Shown here: positions 49,053 through 58,053 of the stretch, in pieces
How the letters are laid out: each line of letters begins with the position of its first letter
How positions within the stretch are numbered: the stretch's first letter is position 1
From: Abditibacterium sp.
GTDB taxonomy: Bacteria; Armatimonadota; Abditibacteriia; Abditibacteriales; Abditibacteriaceae
Direction of reading: 5' to 3'
Assembly: GCA_965199495.1 (NCBI GenBank)
Contig: CBDASK010000003.1
Span: 1,152,001-1,216,000, forward strand
DNA: 64,000 nt
Notes under the pieces: model-generated
Seen by the model: only the letters and a program-made list of their open reading frames with translations
Database searches by the model: none
What the model was told of the DNA's origin: nothing
Position numbers and translations under genes: made by a program

Positions 49053-49727
49053 TTACCCTTCGGTGGCTTCTTCCAACTCGTCTTTGGGTTCTTGTCCCGC
49101 TTTGAATTTGGGTTTCATCGGCGGCACCAAGTAACCCAGTATTATTAGCGCGCTGAGGCCGATGCCGAGGCGCCAATTGACCCACGCCGTCAAAGCGGCG
49201 CCAATCAGGAGAGCCGCCGCCGTCAGCGCGTATTTGAGCGTCAGACTGCTCACATATTGAGCAGTCAAACGCGGATCGAGTAAGTCTTGGCGGGTCGCGT
49301 AAATCCATCGAAGCAGCCACGCCAGAGCGGGCAAGGCCAGCAGACACGCGTAAACGGTGGCGGCGGTCGGGATGTTGAACGGATCACTCAAATGCTCGAT
49401 GAAGGGCCGCACCGGAAAAGGCGTTATGCTGACCGACGCCAGAAATAACACGGTCAGCAGGTTAAAGCCGTGATCGGTTTTTTTGACGATCTTGCCGCTA
49501 AAATGAGAGTGCGCCCAGTAAAGCCCGATGACGATGCAACTGAGCGCATAGGCGAAATAATCCGGGGTCAGTTCGGCGTAGGCTTTGGCCAAGTCGCCGC
49601 CGCTTTTTACTTTGGGCGCGTGAAGTTCGGTGATTGGTAGCGTGATGGCAATGGCCAAAACGGCGTCGCTAAACGCTTCGAGCCGGTCGGTTTTTCGTTC
49701 CGTGCTGGCGGTGTCAGATGGATTCAT
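49053..49727 (-). CDS. TMEM175 (DUF1211) family K+ channel-like protein
   Basis: RLEAFSDAVLAIAITL signature; several hydrophobic helices. Confidence 0.9.
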   Translation of the reverse strand: MNPSDTASTERKTDRLEAFSDAVLAIAITLPITELHAPKVKSGGDLAKAYAELTPDYFAYALSCIVIGLYWAHSHFSGKIVKKTDHGFNLLTVLFLASVSITPFPVRPFIEHLSDPFNIPTAATVYACLLALPALAWLLRWIYATRQDLLDPRLTAQYVSSLTLKYALTAAALLIGAALTAWVNWRLGIGLSALIILGYLVPPMKPKFKAGQEPKDELEEATEG

Positions 49728-49787
49728 CTTTGATTAAATTGTGCGAACTTTGGCTGATACATCGCCAGCATAAATTGGAATTTTAGC

Positions 49788-49822
49788 GAAAAAAAGGCGC
49801 GCGTCAGAGTTTGACGCGCGCC
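49788..49822 (-). terminator. Intrinsic terminator
   Basis: 11-bp stem GGCGCGCGTCA / TGACGCGCGCC followed by a T-run on the minus strand. Confidence 0.75.
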
Positions 49823-49861
49823 CATCAAATTATAGTGCACTTGGAGGCGCTTGCTCTGTTT

Positions 49862-50257
49862 TTACAAAGCGTTCGCGCCCGCCTGCGCCACGGCCTGATC
49901 TTGCTCACCAGTGCCGCCGCTCACGCCGATGGCGCCGATAATTTCGCCGTCGCGTTTGAGCGGAATGCCGCCCGCGAAAATCATCACTCGTCCGCCGTTG
50001 GAAACGTGAATGCCGTAGAAATCCGCGCCCGGTTGCGCCAGTTGCGACAATTCTTGGGTCGAAATATCGAAGCTGCGCGAAGTCCACGCTTTGTCAATGG
50101 CGATTTGAATGCTGCCTTGCCACGCATTCTCCATGCGCGCAAACGCCAGCAAATGTCCGCCGCCACAAACCACGGCGATGTTGGAAGGTTGACCGAGTTC
50201 CTCGGCCTTTTGCTGCGCCGCTTCGATGACGCGGCGCGCGTCGTTTAGGGTAATCAT
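49862..50257 (-). CDS. GlcG/HbpS heme-binding protein
   Basis: IAVV..GGHLLAFARM..IAIDKAWT..GGIPL..GAIGVSGGT. Confidence 0.9.
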   Translation of the reverse strand: MITLNDARRVIEAAQQKAEELGQPSNIAVVCGGGHLLAFARMENAWQGSIQIAIDKAWTSRSFDISTQELSQLAQPGADFYGIHVSNGGRVMIFAGGIPLKRDGEIIGAIGVSGGTGEQDQAVAQAGANAL

Positions 50258-50274
50258 GGGAAAAAAATTGAGAA

Positions 50275-50329
50275 CGCGGGCATCGCGCACTTTTAGGATT
50301 GGTGCGCCTAAAAGCGCGTGATGCCCGCG
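50275..50329. repeat. Intergenic hairpin
   Basis: 23-bp arms with 2 mismatches, between co-oriented genes. Confidence 0.6.
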
Positions 50330-50342
50330 CCCAAAGTTGAAT

Positions 50343-51500
50343 TTATGCAGACATTTCTGGCTTCAAAATGACTTTTGTCCAGCCTTCGTCGCGGTTGTCG
50401 AAGTGTTTGTAGGCGTCGGGCGCTGCTTCGAGCGGCAGGCGGTGCGACACCAAAAACGAGGGTTTGGCTTTGCCGCCGGTAATCAGTTGCGCCAGACGGC
50501 GGTTGTAACGTTTCACGTCGGCTTGGCCGCTGCCCATCGAAAGACCTTTCTGGAAAAACATTCCCATGTCGAACTCGATCAAACCTTCTTTGGTCAACTC
50601 GTCTGGGCCGTTGGGGTCTTTGGGCACATACAGTCCGACGACGCCGATGGCGCCAGCGACTTTGACCGAGCGCACCAGATTATTCAGCGTGAGATTGGCC
50701 TGTTCGTTGTCTTTGTGATGGTGTCCGGGTTCGTGGCACTGCCAGCCGACGCATTCGGCGCCCCGGTCGGCGCCCAGACCTTTGGTCATCTCGTTGACGG
50801 CTTCGACCGGATCGACCTTGGAAAAGTCAACCGGAATCGCGCCGATGCTTTCGGCTAATTTCAGGCGGTCGGGATGTTCGTCCACGATGTAAACGCTGGC
50901 CGCGCCGCGCAAAACCGCCGAATAAGCTGCCATTAAACCGACCGGGCCGGCGCCGTAAATCACGATGCTTTCGCCCGGCAGCAAGCCCGACATTTCGACT
51001 GCGTGATAACCGGTGGGCCAAATATCGGCGAGCATCACGTAATCGTCTTCTTTGTCCTGCGCGTCTTCGGGCAAAATCAAGCAGTTGAAATCGCCGTAAG
51101 GCACCTGAAGATATTCGGCCTGTCCGCCCTCGAACGAGCCAGCGTCGGCGTAGCCGTAGGCCGCGCCCGCGCTACCGGGATTGTTGGTCAGACAAAAGTT
51201 GGGCAGACCTTTTTCGCAGTTGGCGCAGTATCCACAGCCGATGTTAAACGGCAAACAAACGCGGTCGCCGACTTTAACTTTCTGTACGGCGGGGCCAATT
51301 TCGACCACGACGCCCAAGTTTTCGTGGCCGATGATGCGGCCTTTTTCCAGCGAGGTGCGACCTTCATACATGTGCAGGTCGGAGCCGCAAATGTTGGTCG
51401 AAGTGATTTTGACCAACACATCGGTCGGCGCTTTGATTTGTGCGTCGGGCACATTTTGGACGGAAACGTCGCAAGGCCCATTGTAAACGAGTGCTCTCAT
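50343..51500 (-). CDS. Glutathione-independent formaldehyde dehydrogenase-like Zn-dependent dehydrogenase
   Basis: ICGSDLH, GHE, CGYCANC..C, GAGPVG. Confidence 0.9.
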   Translation of the reverse strand: MRALVYNGPCDVSVQNVPDAQIKAPTDVLVKITSTNICGSDLHMYEGRTSLEKGRIIGHENLGVVVEIGPAVQKVKVGDRVCLPFNIGCGYCANCEKGLPNFCLTNNPGSAGAAYGYADAGSFEGGQAEYLQVPYGDFNCLILPEDAQDKEDDYVMLADIWPTGYHAVEMSGLLPGESIVIYGAGPVGLMAAYSAVLRGAASVYIVDEHPDRLKLAESIGAIPVDFSKVDPVEAVNEMTKGLGADRGAECVGWQCHEPGHHHKDNEQANLTLNNLVRSVKVAGAIGVVGLYVPKDPNGPDELTKEGLIEFDMGMFFQKGLSMGSGQADVKRYNRRLAQLITGGKAKPSFLVSHRLPLEAAPDAYKHFDNRDEGWTKVILKPEMSA

Positions 51501-51530
51501 TGTTAGTTTTTTCCTCGGAGCGATTGGCTC

Positions 51531-51890
51531 CTATTTCATCTCTTCGTCGCGAGTGAGCGTGCCCGCCAAAACGCCAAACAATCCGATCAGCAGAAAGGCG
51601 TTGCGGGCACGCGAGTTGTTGGAAAATCCGAGCAGCCACGGCGCGCCCAGCGCGGTCAGGCCGCCGAGCAAATCGAGCAACAGATGAATTTTGAGCGGCA
51701 TCACGCGAATGAAACCCCACTCGGCGCGGGTGAAAATGCTCGAAATTAAAATCGTGGAAGTCAAAACGCGCGTCATCAATACGGCTTTGGGTTCGTCGTC
51801 AAAGCCCAAAACTTTGGGCGCAATCGAGACGGCGGCGATGTAGGGATAGTCGGTGAAAGCGTGACCAGCACGGGAAATCGGTTTTTTCAT
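51531..51890 (-). CDS. Small membrane protein (SPW-repeat-like)
   Basis: Four hydrophobic segments; HxxxDY and HxxLD motifs; APWLLGF. Confidence 0.65.
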   Translation of the reverse strand: MKKPISRAGHAFTDYPYIAAVSIAPKVLGFDDEPKAVLMTRVLTSTILISSIFTRAEWGFIRVMPLKIHLLLDLLGGLTALGAPWLLGFSNNSRARNAFLLIGLFGVLAGTLTRDEEMK

Positions 51891-51991
51891 AATTCGAGAT
51901 GTCCTTTCATTATGGACTTACGCAGTTGGAGTTCTTTATCGTGCACTTTTAAGCGCTTTTGGTTTATCGTGCAGTTTCGGTTGCGCCGCGA

Positions 51992-52999
51992 TTAGTCTTT
52001 GCGGCCCAGCGCCCACAACAACAGCGCGCCCGCGCCCAGCAAAACGCCGGTTTTGAGCATCGGATTAGTTACAATTGCGGTATACGGGCTGACCGGAATG
52101 ATGGGCGTGTCTATCTCGCCGCGCTCTTTCAAGTCGCTACCCGCTTGATAAAGCGAGTCGGGCCGGTTTTTGGCCGGTTCGTTTTTGAGTTGAGCCGAAT
52201 ACATCGTGGCGCTCAAAACTTTGTCGCCCACTCCTGGGAAATACTGGCCCAGCATCGAGAGCATTTTGCCGCCGCCGCCCACAAAAACATCGCGTTGCGG
52301 CGCCCGCGCGCATTTGAGAATCGCGTCGGCCACCAAGTCGGGCGCGTAAACCGGCGGCGGCAACGTGGCTTCTTTGTCCATGTAATTGCGCGCGTGCTGG
52401 GCGAACGGAGTGCCAATGGCCGCCGGTTTAATCAGGCACAATTCGACGGGCACGCCTTCGTGCATTAGTTCCATGCGCAAGGCGTCGGTGAAACCCTTGA
52501 CCGCGTGCTTGGAAACCGTATACATGCTTTGAACTGGCAGGGCGACATCGGAAACCGTCGAACCGAGATTGATAATCACGCCGTTATTTTCGGCGTCGCG
52601 CGTCCGAAAATGCGCCGCCGCCGCCAAGCTGCCATAGACGATGCCCCAGAAATTGGTGTCGAACAAGCGGCGAAGGTCGGCGCTGGGCACGTCTTTCATT
52701 TCGCCATAAATCGCCAGACCCGCATCGTTAATCCAAGTGTCGAAGCCGCCGAAATGTTCGACCGCTTTTTGCGCCAGCGCCTTGACTTGATCTTCGTCGC
52801 CGACATCGGTAACAACGTAAATCGCCTCGCCGCCCTGCGCTTTGATTTCTTCGGTCAGTTGACGCAATGCGTCTTCGTTGCGCGCGGCCAGCACCAATTT
52901 GGCGCCCGCCTTGGCCGCTTTGCGCGCGGTAACTAAGCCGATGCCCGATGAGGCGCCGGTCAAAACAATGGTTTGTGCTTCAAGTGGTTTGATGGACAT
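51992..52999 (-). CDS. SDR-family oxidoreductase
   Basis: TGASSGIG; YTVSK catalytic motif. Confidence 0.95.
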   Translation of the reverse strand: MSIKPLEAQTIVLTGASSGIGLVTARKAAKAGAKLVLAARNEDALRQLTEEIKAQGGEAIYVVTDVGDEDQVKALAQKAVEHFGGFDTWINDAGLAIYGEMKDVPSADLRRLFDTNFWGIVYGSLAAAAHFRTRDAENNGVIINLGSTVSDVALPVQSMYTVSKHAVKGFTDALRMELMHEGVPVELCLIKPAAIGTPFAQHARNYMDKEATLPPPVYAPDLVADAILKCARAPQRDVFVGGGGKMLSMLGQYFPGVGDKVLSATMYSAQLKNEPAKNRPDSLYQAGSDLKERGEIDTPIIPVSPYTAIVTNPMLKTGVLLGAGALLLWALGRKD

Positions 53000-53060
53000 G
53001 ATGAAAAATTTGAATTTGGTAAGTGTCAGTGCGCTCTTCGGCGCGCCCGGCTACAAGTTC

Positions 53061-53261
53061 GCACAGGTCGGCAACCTTCTGAACATGCCCGGCAATGAAT
53101 CGAACGAGGTCGACAACCTTCTGAACGTGCCCGGCAACGAATCGAACGAGGTCGGCAGCTAATCTAACGTGCCCGGCAACCAATCTAACGTGCCCGGCAG
53201 ACAATCTAACGAGGTCGGCAGACAATCTAACGAGGTCGGCAGCTAATCTAACGAGGTCGGC
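53061..53261. repeat. 21-bp tandem repeat, ~10 degenerate copies
   Basis: Units AACGAGGTCGGCAGACAATCT / AACGTGCCCGGCAACCAATCT, in exact register from 53082. Confidence 0.9.
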
Positions 53262-53297
53262 GACTTTTTCGCCGAACGGAAGGCCGCGCGCTTGGAA

Positions 53298-54467
53298 TCA
53301 CGGAACAAAAACCGCGCGGATGATGCCGTCTTCTTTGGAGCGGAACATTTCGTAGCCGCGCGGCGAATCTTCCAGCGAGAAGCGGTGCGTGGCCATATAC
53401 GAGGCGTCGAGTTGCCCGTTTTGCGCGAGTTCCAGCAGGCGCGGGACGTAGGCTTGGCCGTGTTGCTGCGCGGTTCGCACCGTCAGACCTTTGTTCATAA
53501 TCACGCCGAGAGGAAACGAATCCATCACGCCGTAAACGCCCAGAATGGACAAAACGCCGCCTTTGCGACACGCGATAATCGCTTGCCGCAAGGCCGAGCC
53601 TCGGTCGGTTTGAATGCGCAACGCCTGTTTGGCGCGGTCAACGGCGTAGTCGATACCTTCGCCGTGCGCTTCCATGCCGACGGCGTCAATGCAAGCGTCG
53701 GGGCCGCGCCCGCCGGTCATTTCGTGCAAAACTTCCAACACCGAATCCACTTCCTCGTAATTGATGGTTTCGGCCCCGGCGTGTTTGCGCGCCAGTTCTA
53801 AACGTTCCGGAAAGCGGTCAATGGCGATGACGCGCTCGGCGCCCAGAACTTTGGCGCCCTGCATCGCCGCCAACCCGACGCCGCCCGCACCCCACACCGC
53901 GACGACTTGGCCCGGTTTGATGTCGCAGAAATCGGCGCCCATGAACCCGGTCGGCACCGCATCAGAAGTGAAAAGCGCCTGTTCGTCGGTCAGGCCATCG
54001 GGCACTTTAAAGCAATCCACGTCGGCGTGCGGCACGCGCACATATTGGGCGTGGCTGCCCGCGTAGCCGCCAAAAGCGTGGGTGTAACCGTAAATGCCCG
54101 CCGTCGGATAACCCAGCAACGGCTCTTGCAAATGCGCGTTGGGATTGGTGTTATCGCAGCACGAATAGAGCTTGTTTTCGCAAAACCAGCAGTCGCCGCA
54201 ACACACGAAAGACGGCACCACCACGCGGTCGCCTTTTTTGACTGTCTTGACTTCTTTGCCGACTTCCTCGACGATTCCCATGAACTCGTGGCCGATAATA
54301 TCGCCCTCGCGCATGGTCGGAATGTAGCCGTCAATGAAGTGCAAATCGGAGCCGCAAGTCGTGCTCATGGTAACGCGCAAAATGATGTCGCGCGGGTTAA
54401 CGATGGTGGGATCGGGCACCGTTTCGACGCGCAGGTCGTTGATGCCATTCCAAATTAAAGCTCGCAT
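53298..54467 (-). CDS. Zn-dependent alcohol dehydrogenase (YbdR/formaldehyde dehydrogenase-like)
   Basis: CGSDLH, GHEFMG, CGDCWFC..C, GAGGVG. Confidence 0.9.
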   Translation of the reverse strand: MRALIWNGINDLRVETVPDPTIVNPRDIILRVTMSTTCGSDLHFIDGYIPTMREGDIIGHEFMGIVEEVGKEVKTVKKGDRVVVPSFVCCGDCWFCENKLYSCCDNTNPNAHLQEPLLGYPTAGIYGYTHAFGGYAGSHAQYVRVPHADVDCFKVPDGLTDEQALFTSDAVPTGFMGADFCDIKPGQVVAVWGAGGVGLAAMQGAKVLGAERVIAIDRFPERLELARKHAGAETINYEEVDSVLEVLHEMTGGRGPDACIDAVGMEAHGEGIDYAVDRAKQALRIQTDRGSALRQAIIACRKGGVLSILGVYGVMDSFPLGVIMNKGLTVRTAQQHGQAYVPRLLELAQNGQLDASYMATHRFSLEDSPRGYEMFRSKEDGIIRAVFVP

Positions 54468-54549
54468 GATGTTTGGTTATTTGGGGAGACAGACTTCTTA
54501 CAAAAGTCCGTTTTCCTGCCGAATGGAAGGCGCAGACTAACGTTCTCCA

Positions 54550-54640
54550 GTAGGGACATGGCCTGCCATGTCCGCTCGTAGGCAAATGTGTGAGCGCAAG
54601 GAAACTTTGACGCGCCGGACATGGCAGGCCATGTCCCTAC
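54550..54640. repeat. GTAG-type REP doublet (REPIN-like)
   Basis: Perfect 25-bp inverted pair GTAGGGACATGGCCTGCCATGTCCG (54550-54574 / 54616-54640); each arm has an internal palindrome. Confidence 0.8.
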
Positions 54641-54653
54641 AAAGAGGTCGAAT

Positions 54654-55487
54654 CTAAAATGAATCGCCGGTGCCGCGCGCCGAAACGTTGCCTTTGAGCG
54701 TGGGAATTTCGCCGGTTTCGACCAACGCCTTGAAGTTGCGAAGCGCCTTGCTCGCCGCCGTCGAAGGCACGATTTCCAAGAACTTCGCCGCCGCTTCGCC
54801 CAGCGCTCCCAACGGCGGCTGAAAGTGCGCGTGCAAATGAACCTCGGTGCCGCGATCGCCGGGCGCACTTTTGAACTCGACGCGGCCCGAACTTTGAAGC
54901 GGCGCATCGGGCGCCGCTTCCCACGCGATGAACTCGCCCGCTTTTTTGTCGGTGGTTTGCGTCGTCCACTCCAAACTGCTGTTCAGTGGCAAGTCGGCGC
55001 GCCAGTGCATGGCGCCGTCATTTTGGGTTTCGATGTGTGCGACGTGCCCCAAAATCTGGTTCATGGTTTGTGGCTCCAGCCACAAATCGTAAAGCCGTTT
55101 GGCGTCGGCGTTGATGGTAATGAACGAGCTGACTTGCGTTGGATCGCCGGGATTGCGCGGCTTGGACGGACGTGCCAACGGCGCATCGGGCGCGCGTTCT
55201 CCGTCGGTTTTGGGCGTGGTATCGTGCGCACTGTCGAGACCGAACCACTGGTAAATCCGCGAATGTCCGGTCACGCCGCGCATCAGGCAAATGGTTCCCA
55301 CGACGGCGCCTAAAACAGTGGCGGGCGAACGGCGTTTGAAAGCGGTCAGCCACAGCGCGCCGCCCAGAAAAACCGAGGCCGCGCGTTCGGCTTCGCCGAT
55401 GTTGACGCCGTGCGTCGAAAGCGGAAAAACCATCCGTTTATCCGATGCGGAAGCCGAGAGAGAAGATTGAGTTTGGTCGGGTTTCAT
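54654..55487 (-). CDS. SRPBCC (cyclase/dehydrase) protein with an N-terminal YgaP/DUF2892-like membrane segment
   Basis: NIGEAERAAS..RGVTGH; ITINA..LYDLW..IAW..GRVEF..APGDRGTEV..LRNFKALVETGEIPT. Confidence 0.85.
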   Translation of the reverse strand: MKPDQTQSSLSASASDKRMVFPLSTHGVNIGEAERAASVFLGGALWLTAFKRRSPATVLGAVVGTICLMRGVTGHSRIYQWFGLDSAHDTTPKTDGERAPDAPLARPSKPRNPGDPTQVSSFITINADAKRLYDLWLEPQTMNQILGHVAHIETQNDGAMHWRADLPLNSSLEWTTQTTDKKAGEFIAWEAAPDAPLQSSGRVEFKSAPGDRGTEVHLHAHFQPPLGALGEAAAKFLEIVPSTAASKALRNFKALVETGEIPTLKGNVSARGTGDSF

Positions 55488-56088
55488 CGCGTTTTGGGCC
55501 ACGTCTATCGCGCACGAATCCGCGTTCTGGCCGCCAAACAGAGGGAGCAACGCATGTGCCGCCATATGCCAAAAGTTCAAGCGTTTTCACTGTCTAAACA
55601 GGAGAAACTTCCCCCTAAATCAAACAACTTTAGCGAAATTAACAAAATGTTCTAAAACATCGAATCAAAAGCCGTGATATTGAACTTTCGCGCTTAACGT
55701 TCGGTAAGCAAAAAAGTGAGTTCGCTTTCCGCGCATGATCTCGGACTTCGATAATGAGTGAGTTTGGCTCGTGTTGTGAAGCATTAGGAACAGGAAACTC
55801 ACGCGACCTATGATGTCTCAGGCCGATTCCATCGCGGAGCCGCCAATGCGCGATATTGGACGGTTGGGCGAGACGACCCAAAGCTGGCCTAACTTGTAGC
55901 AGGTGATAGGAACTTCTCGAAAACGGTCGGTTTCGAGAACATCGAAGCGCGCCTATCGAAACACAGACGCGCTTTTGTTTCATCATCGGGTCCAACCTGA
56001 TTTCTTCTTGATTCATCGAGTTGGGCACTTTTCCTTTTTTTACTCTCAGCCAGATTCGTTAGCTTCGATCGCCGCCTATCGTGCACTT

Positions 56089-56403
56089 TTAGGCGCTCTT
56101 TTCTTCTTCGCGTGTGTTGCTTGCTAAGAGATGGGAACCCTCGATAACCCCGTCAATCATCTCAAGTTTGTGCATTTCTATGTCAGCCAATGCTATTTGC
56201 AGCGCGTTCTCGCCTTTTTCTGTTATCCAGTAAAACTCCTGCCATCTGTTCAAATAGCCCTTCTCCTGCAACCAGCCTAACGCGTCTTGTGTCGACGAGA
56301 CTGCATCGGGACAACCCTCATCGCGTGCTTTTGCGTCAATTGGCATCGTGGAATTTTTGTAATCCCTGATTGCGTGTAGCGTTCTCCGCTGAGGACCAGT
56401 CAT
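56089..56403 (-). CDS. Hypothetical protein, possibly winged-helix
   Basis: LGWLQEKGYL..YWITEKGENAL pattern. Confidence 0.45.
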   Translation of the reverse strand: MTGPQRRTLHAIRDYKNSTMPIDAKARDEGCPDAVSSTQDALGWLQEKGYLNRWQEFYWITEKGENALQIALADIEMHKLEMIDGVIEGSHLLASNTREEEKSA

Positions 56404-57019
56404 TACCAATAAGTTTAATAAGAAAGCGCGCTCGTCTTCTGATGGGCGCGTTTTTCTGGCGCCATCTCATTGAATCACTCGAAAGGGTTGGGGGTTCTAC
56501 TATCTTTCACTGAGCGCGTTTCACGCCTGTTTATGGTCTTCATAAGCTGCTCTAAAATCGCAGTCTGAATGCTTGATGGAGAATCCCGTAAATTATCGTG
56601 GGCTTTGGAGTGCCCCTGTTCTAATTGTTCCTACAGGGCAAAAGCGATGCGCCTTTTCTGGGGGTCGAGTGTGTTTTGTATGATGGTAATTTTACCCAAA
56701 CGTTAACCCCTATGCGGAAGCCGTGTTGGGAAACCGCTTGTGATTAAAAGACTTTGGCGGCTCTGGCTTCAATCGTTGGGCGCTGGAAGCGTCACCAACT
56801 TTCACCAACTTGAAAAGACTTGAATAGTTCAAGATTGAAAAAGATTGATTGATCAAAGTTTGGCCGTCGCCGAAAGTGCCCAACTTTACACAATTCCGTT
56901 CATATCCACTTCTAATAACCTTATTTCTGTATTACCTATTAACGCTTGCCAAAAGGGAACTAAGATTGATTTTGAGGGCATTATATAATTAGGAATTAAA
57001 GTCCTCTCCCGACGTATTT

Positions 57020-57739
57020 ATGTCATATTCCCACACCCGTTCTGCATTTACCCTTATCGAGCTTCTTGTTGTCATCGCCATTATTGGTATTCTGGCAGCG
57101 ATTTTGTTTCCAGTGTTTGCACGCGCCCGTGAAAACGCCCGCCGTGCTTCGTGCATCAGTAATCTGAAGCAGATGGGTTTGGGCATCGCACTTTATCGCG
57201 GCGATTATGATAGCATGAATCCCCATCATCGTCAGTGCCCTGATACCCCCAACGATCCGTTTTGTAAGGGCGCCAGCCCAACCACTCCAACCGGCGTTAA
57301 CGAAATTTGGTGGGCGCCCTACGATAACTCGGTCGACCCCGCCGCCACTGTGGTGACTTCGCAATACAAAGAAGGTTTGTTAATGCCCTACATCAAAAGC
57401 ACGCAAATCTTCAAATGTCCTTCGGCGACCGAATGGCAAGTCGGCTACGCGATGAGCTACATTTCCAACGGGCCGATGGGCAAAAACGAGGCGGAAGTGG
57501 TCAACCCGGGCGCGCTTTACGTGTGGGATCACGCGCGCACGCCGGGATGCGCCGACACGCGCGTTCTGCCGCACGCATCGGATGCGCCGTGGCAACCGTT
57601 CCCTGTCGCATCGGACACCGCGCACACGCATTATCCGTTTCGCCACAGCGAAGGCTTCGTTGGTCTACGCGTGGACGGTGGCGTCAAATTCCGCAAACCA
57701 TCGAGCCTGACCGACGCCGATTTTAACGCACTTTCGTAA
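57020..57739 (+). CDS. DUF1559 prepilin-type N-terminal cleavage/methylation domain protein
   Basis: [51 protein letters not shown]-x9-DG. Confidence 0.9.
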   Translation: MSYSHTRSAFTLIELLVVIAIIGILAAILFPVFARARENARRASCISNLKQMGLGIALYRGDYDSMNPHHRQCPDTPNDPFCKGASPTTPTGVNEIWWAPYDNSVDPAATVVTSQYKEGLLMPYIKSTQIFKCPSATEWQVGYAMSYISNGPMGKNEAEVVNPGALYVWDHARTPGCADTRVLPHASDAPWQPFPVASDTAHTHYPFRHSEGFVGLRVDGGVKFRKPSSLTDADFNALS

Positions 57740-58053
57740 TTTTACTTACTCTGTGCCACTAAACCCATCAAGGAGCAGGGGCACGAGTTCTAATTCTTCT
57801 CTAGCTTCTTACAATTCGTCTTAAAACGGTTGTTTATAATAACGTAAGAGAACCACTTGCGCGGGGTTGTTCTGAGCTTTTCATAAAACTTGATTTTGCT
57901 GCTATAAGCCGCGACAACTAGAAAGTGAGTTGACCAATTTTGATTGCTCCCACGCAACGCCCTGAGATTGTCAAAGTTGCAGTGGACATTTGGGCGTTGT
58001 GGCAGAGACAGTTTCTTTCTTAAAGTCCACCCTAATATTAGTGAGTCACTTTC

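Noticed and set aside
53061..53261. Possible CRISPR array
   Set aside because: Units are contiguous with no unique spacers, and there are no cas genes
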